Below are positions 11,183-22,818 of a stretch of 64,000 nt of DNA, in pieces. The notes under the pieces were generated by a model. The model worked only from the letters and a program-made list of their open reading frames with translations. It did not search any database and had not been told where the DNA came from. The DNA lies in contig CBDCJO010000002.1 of assembly GCA_965217865.1 (NCBI GenBank), positions 1,024,001 through 1,088,000 of the forward strand, in the 5' to 3' direction. The first letter of the stretch is position 1. Every line of letters starts with the position of its first letter. The translations under genes were made by a program, and so were the position numbers. Source of the DNA: Candidatus Latescibacterota bacterium (GTDB lineage: Bacteria > Latescibacterota > UBA2968 > SICM01).

Positions 11183-13339
11183 TCACGATGCAATCTCCAT
11201 CGCCAACCACTCATCGAGTTTCGACCAGCGCCGTCTGCCGGAGACATTCTTTACCGCGATGGCGACGGCCTTGCGCTGTCCGACCAGCACAACGAGTCGC
11301 TTGCCGCGCGTGATCCCGGTGTAGAGCAGGTTGCGCTGAAGCATGGCATAGTGCTGTGTCAGCACCGGGATGACCACGGCGGGATATTCGGAGCCCTGGC
11401 TCTTGTGTATAGTCGTCGCATAGGCGGGAACCAACATGTCCAGTTCACCGAAACCATAGACGACGCTTCGCCCGTCGAACCCGGCGGTCAGTTCGCCGTC
11501 CTCTGCATCGATGGTTTCCACATAGCCGATATCACCGTTGTAGACGTCCTTATCGTAATCGTTCTCGATCTGCATGACCTTGTCGCCCAGCGCGAAGGTC
11601 CAGCCGAAGCGCTCGACCTTCGCCTCGCCAGCGGGGTTCAGCGCCGCCTGCAACTCTATATTGAGCGACCGGGCGCCGACGCCGCCCCGGTTCATCGGGC
11701 AGAGCACCTGTATATCGCGCACCGGATCAAGGTCGAAGCGGCAGGGAATGCGCGATCGGACGAGGGTCAGGATGCGTTTCACCGCCTGTTCCGGATCCTC
11801 CGTCGGCACGAAGTAGAAGTCGCTCTTTCCATCGGCGGCGGTGAGATCCGGCATCTTGCCCGCGTTGATCCGGTGGGCATTGGTGACGATCCGGCTCTGG
11901 GCGGCCTGCCGGAACACCTCGGTCAGGCGCACGACGGGGATCGCGCCGGAATTGATGATATCGGCAAGCACCTGACCCGGCCCGACCGAGGGCAACTGAT
12001 CGATGTCGCCGACGATCAGCAGGGCGGCGTGATCGGGCATGGCCTTCAGCAGCGATTGCATGAGCATGACATCGACCATGGAGCTTTCGTCTACCACGAG
12101 CAGGTCGCAGTCGAGCGAGCTGTCTTCGTTGCGCCGGAACCCGAAGGCTTTCGGGTCGAACTCCAGCAGCCTGTGGATGGTCTTCGCTTCCATCCCGGTG
12201 GCCTCGGACATGCGCTTGGCCGCCCGGCCCGTGGGGGCGCAGAGCAGGAGTTTCACGCCCTTGGTCAGAAGAATGCGCAGGATCGCATTGACGATGGTAG
12301 TCTTACCCACGCCGGGACCGCCGGTGATAACGATCACCTTCGAACGCAGCGCGAGGCGCACCGCGTCGGCCTGGCTGTCGGCAAGGGTGAGACCAGTACG
12401 GGCCTCGACCCAGGGAAGCGCCTTGCCTGCGTCGATTTCCGGCCAGGGTAGCGGCCCACGGGTCAGCCGCCGCAGGTGTCCGGCGATGGTCTGTTCCGCG
12501 TGATAGAGACCGCTCAGGAAGACGCAGGGGGTTCCGGCCACGCTGTTGGCGGTCACGGTCTTCTCGGTCAACTCTATCTCAAGTGCGGTCGCGATGAGGT
12601 CTTCGGGCACCTCGAGAAGCTTCACTGCAAGCGCTGTCAGCTCCGATCCCGGCAGGCCGCAATGACCCTCGCCCATGGCTTCGGTCAGTGCAAACGAGAC
12701 GCCGGCGCGCACCCGGATCATGGCAGTCTTCTCGATGCCGAGCTTTTCGGCGATCAGATCGGCGGTGCGAAAGCCAATCCCCCTGATGTGGCGTGCCAGG
12801 CAGTAAGGGTTTTCGCTTATAACCTGCACCGCATCGGCGCCGTAGGTCTTGAAGATCCGCACCGCGCGCGCTGTGCCGACGCCGTGCTGGTGCAGGAACA
12901 CCATGATCTCGCGGATCATTTTCTGATCTGCCCAGGCCGATGTGATCCTGCCGGCCCGCTTAGGCCCGATCCCCTCGACCTCGCGCAGCCGCTCGGGACT
13001 AGCCTCGATGATGTCGAACACGTCTTTGCCAAACAGGCGAACCATGCGCTTCGCATAAACCGGTCCGATCCCCCGTATCATGCCGGAGCCGAGATATTTT
13101 TCGATACCCTCGAACGACGAGGGGGCGGAAGCCTTCAGGAAACACGCGCGGAACTGCAGGCCGTGGGTCCGGTCATTGGTCCATTCCCCCGAGGCGGTGA
13201 TCCATTCTCCGGCGGAGATCATCGCGGCATGACCCACAGCGGTGATGAGATCGCGCTGGCCCCTGGCCTTGACGCGCAGCACGCAGAAGCCGTTCTCGGG
13301 GTTGTGGAAGGTCACCCGCTCGACCAGACCGGCGAGCAC
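11183..13339 (-). CDS. recD2: RecD/TraA-family ATP-dependent helicase
   Basis: N-terminal OB and HhH ('GIGPVYAKR','GIGFRTAD'), Walker A GGPGVGKT, 'VVDESSM','GDIDQLPSVGPG','YATTIHKSQGSEY'. Confidence 0.95.
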   Translation of the reverse strand: MLAGLVERVTFHNPENGFCVLRVKARGQRDLITAVGHAAMISAGEWITASGEWTNDRTHGLQFRACFLKASAPSSFEGIEKYLGSGMIRGIGPVYAKRMVRLFGKDVFDIIEASPERLREVEGIGPKRAGRITSAWADQKMIREIMVFLHQHGVGTARAVRIFKTYGADAVQVISENPYCLARHIRGIGFRTADLIAEKLGIEKTAMIRVRAGVSFALTEAMGEGHCGLPGSELTALAVKLLEVPEDLIATALEIELTEKTVTANSVAGTPCVFLSGLYHAEQTIAGHLRRLTRGPLPWPEIDAGKALPWVEARTGLTLADSQADAVRLALRSKVIVITGGPGVGKTTIVNAILRILLTKGVKLLLCAPTGRAAKRMSEATGMEAKTIHRLLEFDPKAFGFRRNEDSSLDCDLLVVDESSMVDVMLMQSLLKAMPDHAALLIVGDIDQLPSVGPGQVLADIINSGAIPVVRLTEVFRQAAQSRIVTNAHRINAGKMPDLTAADGKSDFYFVPTEDPEQAVKRILTLVRSRIPCRFDLDPVRDIQVLCPMNRGGVGARSLNIELQAALNPAGEAKVERFGWTFALGDKVMQIENDYDKDVYNGDIGYVETIDAEDGELTAGFDGRSVVYGFGELDMLVPAYATTIHKSQGSEYPAVVIPVLTQHYAMLQRNLLYTGITRGKRLVVLVGQRKAVAIAVKNVSGRRRWSKLDEWLAMEIAS

Positions 13340-13374
13340 CTCACGGGCCGCATCTCCTGATCTGATAGCGCCGA

Positions 13375-13684
13375 CTATTCCTTTGCTCCTTTTGGAATAT
13401 TGAACGCCTGCACCGCCAGATAAAGATCTCTGGCTGGATCATCTTTCTGTCTGAACAAGTACCGGACATGCGTATCGCTGACTTTCCGTAGCTCTTGCTT
13501 AAAGTTTAGGTGCTCTGGAACAGCCGTCGCGATCTTGGCGAGAACGTCGGTAAAGCCCACATTCTTGCTGAACAGGAGTAGTGCCGCCTTCGTGTCCCTC
13601 CAAGTCAAGCACCCAAGTATCTGGTCGATGGCGGTATGCAATGCCTTCTGTCCCTCCCAGAACTTGCATTCGGCGATAAAGCGT
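13375..13684 (-). pseudogene. C-terminal fragment of conserved nuclease-like protein
   Basis: 'FIAECKFWEGQKALHTAIDQILG.LTWRDTKAALLLF'. Confidence 0.45.
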
Positions 13685-13685
13685 T

Positions 13686-14164
13686 TAAGAGTGGATCAAT
13701 AATAATCTAGAAAAGCCACCGGTTTTCTTCTACAGTTGGGTAACGCACCTAACCTGACGAAAGGAGAATCCCGATGGCTATACAGGATTATATCGACAGG
13801 CTGGTTGGTCTGCAAGGATTTTATGTGATCAAGCTGAGGTTCCGCGAGGATCTCTCGACTCTCTGGATAGAGGTTTCGCGACGGGAGGAGGAGTACCACT
13901 GCACGTGTGGTCGGACGTATCGATCGTGCTACGATTCCCGTCTACGTTCGGTCAGGGATCTGAGTTTCGGACCCTTCGGTCGTGTCTGGATCGAGTTCTC
14001 CCAGTGCCGGATACGTTGTGCGACGTGCGGCGTTCGGACTGAGTATCTGGATTGGGTGGAACCTCGTGTTGGTTACATCAAACGCTTGGCTGGAGCTGTA
14101 GCTTTGGCCTGTAGAGAAATCCGGTCGATCAAAGCGATTGCCCAGCAGTTCAGGTTGCACTGGA
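13686..14164 (+). mobile_element. ISL3 5' fragment, slightly diverged from 22819-24145 and lacking the terminal IR bases
   Basis: Nearly identical transposase N-terminus 'MAIQDYIDRLVGLQGFYV'. Breaks after 'FRLHW'. Confidence 0.9.
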
Positions 14165-14699
14165 CAGGCGCAGGAGAGCCTCACGGCGACGGTGCGGGTA
14201 TTTCGGGTGACTACCGCGCCGATCCTGAGCAGCCGTAGCCGAAGGGCCCGGCATTGCGCCCGCGCAAGAGCCGTGCCCCTCGCGCGGCCAGCCGAGGTCT
14301 AGAACGCGGTCCACGCGCGACAGGACATGATCCTCAGGCACCAGTTGCTGAAGCAAGCCCGTGACGAACAACTCCAAGTGGTAATGTAATACGTCTCACA
14401 TCTACTGGTACAAAAACTTCGGCCTGGTCAATCAATCGCCTAACGAAAAACCGATAGGATTCGCCTCGATCAACTCGATAACATGACGAATACCAATTGC
14501 GAGACGATACCATGGTTTTCCTGAACGTATAGCCCCGAGATGTCCATAATGCGCTCGGATTGACTATATCTAAATTGGCTGAAATAGCATGCTCAATCTG
14601 TGTTTGGGAGCCCATAGCGGAGTGTCCAAGGCACGTATTTGGTCGGCAAGCAATTCCAATCTCCCAATCGCTCTGTGACAGGGATTTGGCGATCTTGAC

Positions 14700-14940
14700 C
14701 AATCCAACTCCCGGTGCTCAGAAGACAACGCTTCGGCTTTCGGGCACCGTGCCTCCCGAAGTTTGGAACCGGCTCGGAACCAAAGTGCTACCCAAGCTGC
14801 GGTCCGGAGACGACCTCAGCGTGGGCATCGATTTCTCAGTGAGCGTCGGCTCCGGGTTTGCACAGAACATGGAGGCCGAGTTGCAGCAGATTCTGGACGA
14901 CCTCGGCCTGAGCGACCGGGTCCGTGTGGAAAAATCATAA
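14700..14940 (+). pseudogene. C-terminal fragment of DUF499-type ATPase (copy B)
   Basis: 'TTLRLSGTVPPEVWNRLGTKVLPKLRSGDDLSVG...LQQILDDLGLSDRVRVEKS*'. Confidence 0.55.
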
Positions 14941-14961
14941 GCTCGAACGGAGGTCACTGGA

Positions 14962-15072
14962 ATGAAATTGCTCCCGAAACGATTCAGAGTTCTGAATTAT
15001 CGCAATATCGACGACAGTAACTGGATTCCGCTCGAACGCGTTACGGCTTTAGTCGGGCGGAACGAGTCAGGG
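14962..15072 (+). pseudogene. N-terminal fragment of OLD/AAA_15-type ATPase
   Basis: 'FRVLNYRNIDDS..IPLERVTALVGRNESG' is broken within Walker A. Confidence 0.65.
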
Positions 15073-15305
15073 CCACATCGGAGTCAAGACCTCCAGCACG
15101 TCAGCCGTCGTGATCTCCGACACCGAACACCGGCTCAGGCGCGGGAACACGTAATGACGAAGCGAATGTTCCCATTGCGTCTCGCTCTTGCCGTTGCTCT
15201 TCGACGCCGGCCAAATCCTCGAACGGGACATCTAATAGGGTTCAACCGCGTTCTTGAGATACACAACTCGCAGCGCCTCGACAGGCACGCGAAGAGATTT
15301 CGCCC

Positions 15306-15495
15306 ATGACGCATGAACAGATCACCGCGCTGACCGCGACAGGCGAATCCGAAACTCTGGAGTTCAAGCACACGACGGGAACACGCCGCGAGGCGGTCAG
15401 CACCGTGTGCGCCATGTTGAACCAGCGTGGCGGTCACGTGCTGTTCGGCGTCACACCGGAAGGAGATGTAGTCGGACAGCAGGTGAGCGCCAAGA
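15306..15495 (+). pseudogene. Schlafen/AlbA_2 DNA-binding domain fragment
   Basis: 'GESETLEFK...VCAMLNQRGGHVLFGV'. Confidence 0.7.
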
Positions 15496-15874
15496 TCCAA
15501 AGGATCGAGCCGTCAGCCTTCACGGCAGTCAGCGAGGGCAAAAACCTTAATGGCTTTTTGAGCAGGAAGATTGACGGATCGAGTCTGGCGTGTAGGTGGT
15601 TGGCACAGAAGCTGCTGCATGAAATTGGACGCCATCAAGCTTACTTCGATACCCAACCTTCGGACCTACGATCCGCACTGGAGGACAAAGGGTTGGAGAA
15701 AGCAGGTGAAATGGAATTCGAACTTGTCTTACTGGATGGCTTGAATCCATCGGATGAACTGATTGATTCCCTGAGAGAAGATCAATGTTTGAGTAGAGAC
15801 CTTTATCAAATGGGTTTCGCGGTGGTGGAACGGACAACGCGTTCGCCTATCGTGGTTTCCCTCGAAGAGTAACC

Positions 15875-16590
<716 letters not shown>

Positions 16591-16749
16591 GTAGGAGAAC
16601 GCCCGGCTAAAGAAGTTAGTGGCGGCCATGGATAAGCCGCCGCCCAAGGGGATACGCCACCTGGACGGGTCCGTTGCTTGCCGAAAAGCTGGGCCTCTCC
16701 GAGCACTACGTCTGGCGTATCTTGCGCCGTGACCTTCTTGGAGACATTA

Positions 16750-17447
16750 TCCGCAACGTTGCATCCGGCCTGTGCCGCTAGCTTGCTGGCTTCTCTTCGG
16801 GGAACACTAAGTTCACCGGTAAACAATATTGTTTCGCCATAAAGCGATCCATCCGGATTAGCCTCTGGCCCAAAAACAGAGGCCCTGTCAGATGGCGGAA
16901 AAATTGACCGGTTAACTAGATGCAGCCAATCTGCAATTTCAGTATCAGTAGCTGTGCAGGCTCTCAGTACAATTTCAGCTGCCGCCCTTGCATCTTCCAA
17001 TGCATCATGGTGATTGAAGACAATATCAAGGTCCGTGGCAACATTCTTGAGCCCCCATCCGCTCTTTCCGTATTGTTCGGGCCATGCACGACGAACAATT
17101 CTTGCACTATCGAGCCAAGTGACACGAAGGGGTTCAAGATCATGCTCCTTCAATGCCCGTTCGACCGAGACACGATCAAATGAAGTGTGGCTTATCAGGA
17201 TGGACCCGCTTAGACGGTCCAATTCTCCCCTGATGTCGGAGAAGGAAGGGCTATTCTTCACATCCTGCGCATTGATTCCGTGTATTGAAACGTTAAGGGG
17301 GTCGAACCAGGCGTTCGGATCGATTAGCGACTGCCAGTGATCTGTGATTACTCCGTCCCGCACGTGGACGATACCAATTTGACAAATGCTTGCACGATCA
17401 GCGTTAGCTGTCTCGACGTCTATAGCATTGAAAGTTAGCGTCTCCAA
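16750..17447 (-). pseudogene. DEDDh 3'-5' exonuclease-BRCT protein, 3'-truncated
   Basis: 'AIDVETAN...ICQIG','HHDALEDA', BRCT 'ILFTGEL...NVSKKVT', then an IS630 fragment. Confidence 0.8.
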
Positions 17448-17491
17448 GACAGACTCCCTGAAGGTTATATCTGACGGACCCGAATTTGATG

Positions 17492-18030
17492 CTATCTCAA
17501 GCTCGGCTCAGCGGCTTGCCTCAGGGTGGCGTCGTTGAGATGGACGTAGCGGTTTGTCATGGACGCCCGGCGATGCCCGAGCAGGCGACCGGCGACATGC
17601 AGGCTTTCGCCGTTCATGACCGCGTGCGATGCGTGCGCATGGCGCAGGTCCTGAAGCCTAGCATCGGCCACGATTCCGGTCGCGTCGCGCGCCTTGATCC
17701 AGAACCTCCACAGATCGTCTGTATTCAACGGCCTGTCTCCCTTGTCGCCCGGAAACACCCACTCCCCGGACAGCTGACGCGGCGAGACCTTCCAGCAGCT
17801 CCCGTGCGGCCTCGCCGAGCAGAACGTGCCTCGGTCCCATCTTCGCGTCAATCAGGGCGAGCCGGTCCGGCTTGACCTCGCACCAGCGCAGGCAGCGTAT
17901 CTCGCCCGCCCCGCATTCGGTCAGCAGGAGCAGGCGCACCGCCGCGACGCATACCGGGTTTTCGTCCTCGCGCAGGCGGAGGACCGCACCGAGCCTCGCC
18001 AGATCGACCGCGCCAAGCAGCCGCGAAGAA
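17492..18030 (-). pseudogene. Tyrosine recombinase/integrase C-terminal fragment (copy A)
   Basis: 'LLLLTECGAGEIRCLRW','RLQDLRHAHAS...LLGHRRASMTNRYVH'. Frameshifted. Confidence 0.85.
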
Positions 18031-18158
18031 ATAGACGCCACGCTTCGGCCACGGCACTCGACCGTGGCACTCGGACAATTTGCACGTTCCGGCCAGCCGG
18101 TCCTCGAGCAAGCTCAGCAGACTATAGAACCGCCTGAGTTGACCAAGACGCGACATCA

Positions 18159-18641
18159 TCAGAGACGACTTTGCTGCCCCACTCTCTCGATAGATTCCGC
18201 AATAACAGCAAGCGACTTTGGACCACCGAACAATCCCTTCGCGTGCATCTCGCAGAGGCTGCGTGTTTCCAAGTCGGCGAGGCACTTGAATATGGCAGAT
18301 ACGGCTTGCTGCCTAGACTTAATGTGAGATATGTCTTTTCCTTGCTGCTCGAGAAATGCTCGAGCACTATTGACGTTTGGAATGAATGCCTTCGTTTCAA
18401 ATCGCTGCGCAAGAACCAAAAGAATATCTCTCTTGCGCTCATCGTCAACTCCTAGAGTCTCCACGATAGCAATCGCGTTTTGTCTCACCCTCGACTTGTC
18501 GTGGCCACCAAGGGACGATTTTCTTGATACGCCAACTCTGGTTTCGTTCGCGGAAAAATCATCTAACGATTTGCGAACTTCGTGATATCCGAAATCGTCA
18601 ACAAGTGCCGACAAGATTCTGTGCAAAGTGCCCTCTTGCAT
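18159..18641 (-). CDS. Hypothetical 160-aa protein, partner of adjacent ParA
   Basis: Intact ORF with RBS (GAGGA) 13 bp after the ParA stop. Confidence 0.65.
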   Translation of the reverse strand: MQEGTLHRILSALVDDFGYHEVRKSLDDFSANETRVGVSRKSSLGGHDKSRVRQNAIAIVETLGVDDERKRDILLVLAQRFETKAFIPNVNSARAFLEQQGKDISHIKSRQQAVSAIFKCLADLETRSLCEMHAKGLFGGPKSLAVIAESIERVGQQSRL

Positions 18642-18654
18642 GGGATCGTCCTCG

Positions 18655-19527
18655 CTACTGAAGCCCCATTATTGCTAAGAATTCCTCTGATATTTTCCGA
18701 AACTCCGGTCGGGCATTTCCGGTGTAACTAGGATATAACTCTCTCATCAACTTGGGGTACCCGCGGGAAAGAAACATTTCGTTTTCCATGATGGGCCAAT
18801 TGTATTTGCTAGCTTGTTCGTGGATTTCATTCCAAGCATTCTGATGATGCGGCCCGCGAGGAGACTCAGTTGATTCGCTGTTGTTAATCAGTACTCCGCA
18901 TACATCGATTGCATGGGTTGGATTTTCGGACTTAAATTTATCGAGAGACTCCTTTAGAAGTGGAAATCCGATAGTGGAGAAGAATTCTGTGCGAACTGGA
19001 ACAAGAATGTAGCGGGATGCGTAGTATGCAGTTCTCGTTATGATGGACTCTGTAGGCGCACAGTCGATAAGTATGAGATCTTTTTTCGTCATTTTCTTGG
19101 AAATGAATCTTGCCAACGCCCGGGCATCAGGTTTTACGGACCCAATCAGATTATCTGAGAAGTCAAATCTGGAAGGAATGAGATGAAAATCTTCGTTGGA
19201 ACCGACTTGTTTTACTACTTGGTTCTCGTTTATTGGAGTCGGCGCTGTATGTTGGCGAGACGGCGGTTTGTAGCCGTTCAAGAGCTCTACAATGGAGAGC
19301 TCGCCGTGCTCCATGAATTCTCTATATTCGTTCTCCGTCATGAGAGCTTGGCTCAAGTTAGATTGAGGATCTATATCAACAGCCAACACCTCTAGACCTT
19401 TGTTCGCAGCGTATTTCGCCAGCAGCGCGGCAATAGTCGTCTTACCAACGCCACCCTTCAAGTTGATTATCGATGCGACAATTGGAGTCTTCTTGGCTTT
19501 CTTGGGCACGTCGCTCTCCGCAGTCAC
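18655..19527 (-). CDS. ParA/Soj-family ATPase
   Basis: 'INLKGGVGKTT','VDIDPQSNLS','ILIDCAP'. Confidence 0.9.
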   Translation of the reverse strand: MTAESDVPKKAKKTPIVASIINLKGGVGKTTIAALLAKYAANKGLEVLAVDIDPQSNLSQALMTENEYREFMEHGELSIVELLNGYKPPSRQHTAPTPINENQVVKQVGSNEDFHLIPSRFDFSDNLIGSVKPDARALARFISKKMTKKDLILIDCAPTESIITRTAYYASRYILVPVRTEFFSTIGFPLLKESLDKFKSENPTHAIDVCGVLINNSESTESPRGPHHQNAWNEIHEQASKYNWPIMENEMFLSRGYPKLMRELYPSYTGNARPEFRKISEEFLAIMGLQ

Positions 19528-19860
19528 TCGACTATTCGTTTGAGATCAGGGTTACTGTACTGCAAGCGTAGTTCTATTGCCACCGCGACGCGCTCAGCGG
19601 CTTTGCTCAGGGTCGCGTCGTCGAGATGGACGTAGCGGTTGGTCGTGGTGGCCCGGCGATGCCCGAGCAAGCGCCCCGCGACATGCAGGCCTTCGCCGTT
19701 CATGACCGCGTGCGAGGCGTGCGCATGCCGCAGGTCATGAAGCCGCGCATCGGCCACGATTCCGGCCGCGTCGCGCGCCTTGATCCAGAACCTCCACAGG
19801 TCATCCGTACTCAACGGCCCGTACCCCTTGTCGCCCGGAAACACCCACTCCCCGGACGCC
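19524..19860 (-). pseudogene. Tyrosine recombinase/integrase C-terminal fragment (copy B)
   Basis: 'RLHDLRHAHASHAVMNGEGLHVAGRLLGHRRATTTNRYVH'. High DNA similarity to copy A. Confidence 0.85.
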
Positions 19861-20033
19861 GTTGGAGTCGAAAACGCTCGCACCCGCCTCGACCAGCTTC
19901 GCATAGTCCACCATCCCCTAAAGGCCGCTTTTGTGTGTTCGAACTCCCTGGAGATCAGCCGGTTTCTCCCCGAGACCATCTCCGACGTTGAAAAGATGAT
20001 CAGGAGTCCCCGCAGACAACAACCGGATGCCTA

Positions 20034-21561
20034 TCAGCCCGTTGAAGAACTACCTTTCAACGCACATAAACGGAAAAGACGCCTGGAGTGCGGGTCAGAT
20101 AAATCAAGGTAAGGAGATTGAGCAGGAGACGCTGATAAGAGGTTAAAAAGGTGACCGAGGGCAGCAAACGTGATTGTAGGACGAGCAGTAGACGCTGCAA
20201 GGCCTTGGCCAGGTCCTGGAGGGCCTTCGGAGTACCTACGCCCATCACTTTGCGCATGAGCAGAGCCAGGTTGCAGCCCCCGATGTGGATCAGCAAACGC
20301 TTGAGGATATTGCCGCGGTCTCTCAAGTGCAACCTGCGCATGCCACCGGTATCATATGTGTGAGCGATGGTTCTTTCCACCCGTTCTGCACGACTTCGGC
20401 GCAAGGCCTTGCCGCGATCTCCCTTGATCCGGCGTCGATTCGCATATACCGCGGCCTGCTCATCTCGTCGGCCGTTCCACTTGCGGCGTCCCCGATCCGG
20501 TTCTGAAATGTAACTCCGGATGCCGCCTTGCTTCAGACTGGTCAATACATCGTTGCTATGATATCCTTTGTCCGCAACCACCTCCCGTATACGCTGTCTG
20601 TGCAAACGCTTAGCAGCTTTTTCGTCCTTCGCAACCTGCTTGAGATTGAGCTGCGCCTCGAGCAGCGTCCAGGGCAACGACTCGGTATCTCCTTCATCTG
20701 CTCCCGACAACGCCACTGCCACAATGGCATTGGTGTCCAGATCCACCGCGTGCTCCACCTTGTGCGCCATGTGCGTGCGACCGTCCTTCATCTTAGCGAT
20801 CTTGGCATCCGGGTCGTGCGGGTGCTCCCAGTCCTGGTTCGATCCCTTCTTCGGTCGCTTCTTATCGATCTTGGACAAGTCCTCGCGGGTAGGCGTTTCA
20901 ATGCCCGAGGCCTTGGCCAGATTCTCAAGGAATGCCTGGTAGCCTTCACCCGTGTCACGGCGTACAATGCTGCGCATCGCGGCGTTGGCCTCCAGTGTCG
21001 TAGCATCCACGCCCAACGTCTTCCCCTTCACCAGACCCGCTTTGCACAAGACCCTCAGGATCCACTTGAAAACCGCTTCGTGAACTTCCAAGGGAAGCCG
21101 ATGCCGGATGCGAGACAGGCTGGAATGATCCGGGGTCTGTTCGTCAAGGGCATACCCCAAAAACCGGCGCAACGTCAGCGAGTCAGATACACGCCATTCG
21201 ATCCCACGTTCCGAATCAAGTCCCTCGAAATACCCAATCAAAAGCATCCGAAAATAAACCCCGGGCGGAATGCCCTTGCGACCCATATGAGGAGCGTAAT
21301 ACCGCTGGCAAAGCCCCTCGACGAACTCGTCGAAGCCGTTCGCCCCCAATACCTGATTCAGCTTCTCGTAGAACGGATGACCCGGAGATTTCACCAAAGT
21401 GTTCGATGCGATGAACAGGTTTTCCTGTCTCTGTCGTCCTCGTTTTCCCATTGCCATTTGCTCGTCCTCCCTTCTCAGTTTGAACCTGATATATCATAGG
21501 ACCAAACCACAAGGAAAGACAACAGTCATCTTGGCATAAACGCACTTTTTCAACAGGCTGC
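20034..21561 (-). mobile_element. IS1182/IS5-like element, copy 1 (transposase 20057-21457)
   Basis: 466-aa DDE transposase ('TPDHSSLSR','GVDATTLEANA','VADKGY'). IRs CAGCCTGTTGAA/TTCAACGGGCTG flanked by TA. Confidence 0.93.
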
Positions 21562-22764
21562 TATGCGTCGTAGCCCTCAGGCACGCCTATACTCTTTGGG
21601 GGAGGAGCCGGGGGAGGGGTGCGCAGTTCTATTTCAACGGGATCTATCGACAAATGAATGCCGTGCTGACTCTTCAATTTAGAAAGTCCACGTTGGGCAT
21701 GGCCTTTCCCTTCGAACTCGTCACGATACAAAGCGGTCGATGCTTCGATAAGGATTTCAGTGAAACGGCTTTTCCAATCCGGGTACATATCAGGAAACCA
21801 TCCTCTGAACTTCATTTCGGCCTCCAATGGAGCCATTCGGTCGATAAATGATGGATGGGCATGCAGCACTTTTCTCCAGTAAGAATGTGCCATTTCGTGA
21901 AAAACAAGATACCTTTGAGATCGATATCGTTTGAACCTAAGGGGAAGTGGACTAAATCGAAATACAACAGGCGGACCCCACAAGGCGAACGAGACCTTTG
22001 CATTTGATATCTCAAAACCAAAGGATGGTGGACAAAGTGGATTTGGGACTAAGACCAAGTTGTTAATAGAAAACCCAAATAAAAGGTTCATAAATTCGTC
22101 AACTCTAGCTTCCTCCAGTGACTCACTGCAATCACTAATCACTATATCCCATGAATCCTCAGTCTGTGCCCAGAAGGAACCGAGTTCAGCTTTTTCATAA
22201 AATTCAGCAAGAAGGGTTGAACATCGATGCTCTTCAAAAAAAGAGAGGAGCTTATTGGAGCATCCCCCTGGTACAAGATCTAATTGAACCATAAAGTTAG
22301 GTGCCATACCGAGATATGATGCGTAGGTAAGAAGTAAATCACCCCGCCCAAAGGGCGGGGCATTAACCACTCCCCTCCCCAAACAGATCCAACTGTAGGG
22401 GCCCTTTCTGCTCTTGAAGATGAAACCGAATATATCCTCTGATCACTTTAGAAGTTACCTTTTCGACTACGGTACGGACAAAACAGCCTTTTAGCTTACC
22501 CTCAGCAAGCTAAACTTTTCCTCCCCTTCCAAAGGAAGGGGTATCCAAGTTCAAATACTTTCATGAACTTATCCAGTGTTCTTCAGTTAATTGCCGTATA
22601 GCCATCACACATTGAAGGTTCTCAACTCTACCCAGATGTTTCAATGTCTGGATTCGCAGCTTGTGAGGTTTTCTTCCAGCCATGTTTTCGTCAACAAACT
22701 TCGTTAAAAGTAGCACCGATGAGACAAGACGAAACTGGTCATCTATTCGAATATCCAGAGCCAT
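21561..22764 (-). pseudogene. HExxH metalloprotein (DUF4932-like), interrupted by mini-element
   Basis: Excising 22334-22562 fuses '...EEHWISS' to 'FLTYASYLG...' in frame. Contains 'FHEMAHSY'. Confidence 0.6.
22334..22562 (-). mobile_element. 229-bp IS200/IS605-type mini-element, copy 2
   Basis: Same sequence as 411-639. Inserted next to TCAT, no TSD, host frame restored on removal. Confidence 0.92.
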
Positions 22765-22818
22765 AGTGGCATCAAGTTTGGGAAATAAATTGGGGAATTT
22801 TTGATGATTGAAAAAGTG

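Noticed and set aside
11351-13360. Long plus-strand ORFs of 366 and 294 aa
   Set aside because: Antisense shadows of GC-rich recD2.
20528-21499. 323-aa antisense ORF (also at 28668 and 61153)
   Set aside because: Shadow of the transposase on the opposite strand, with no recognisable motifs.
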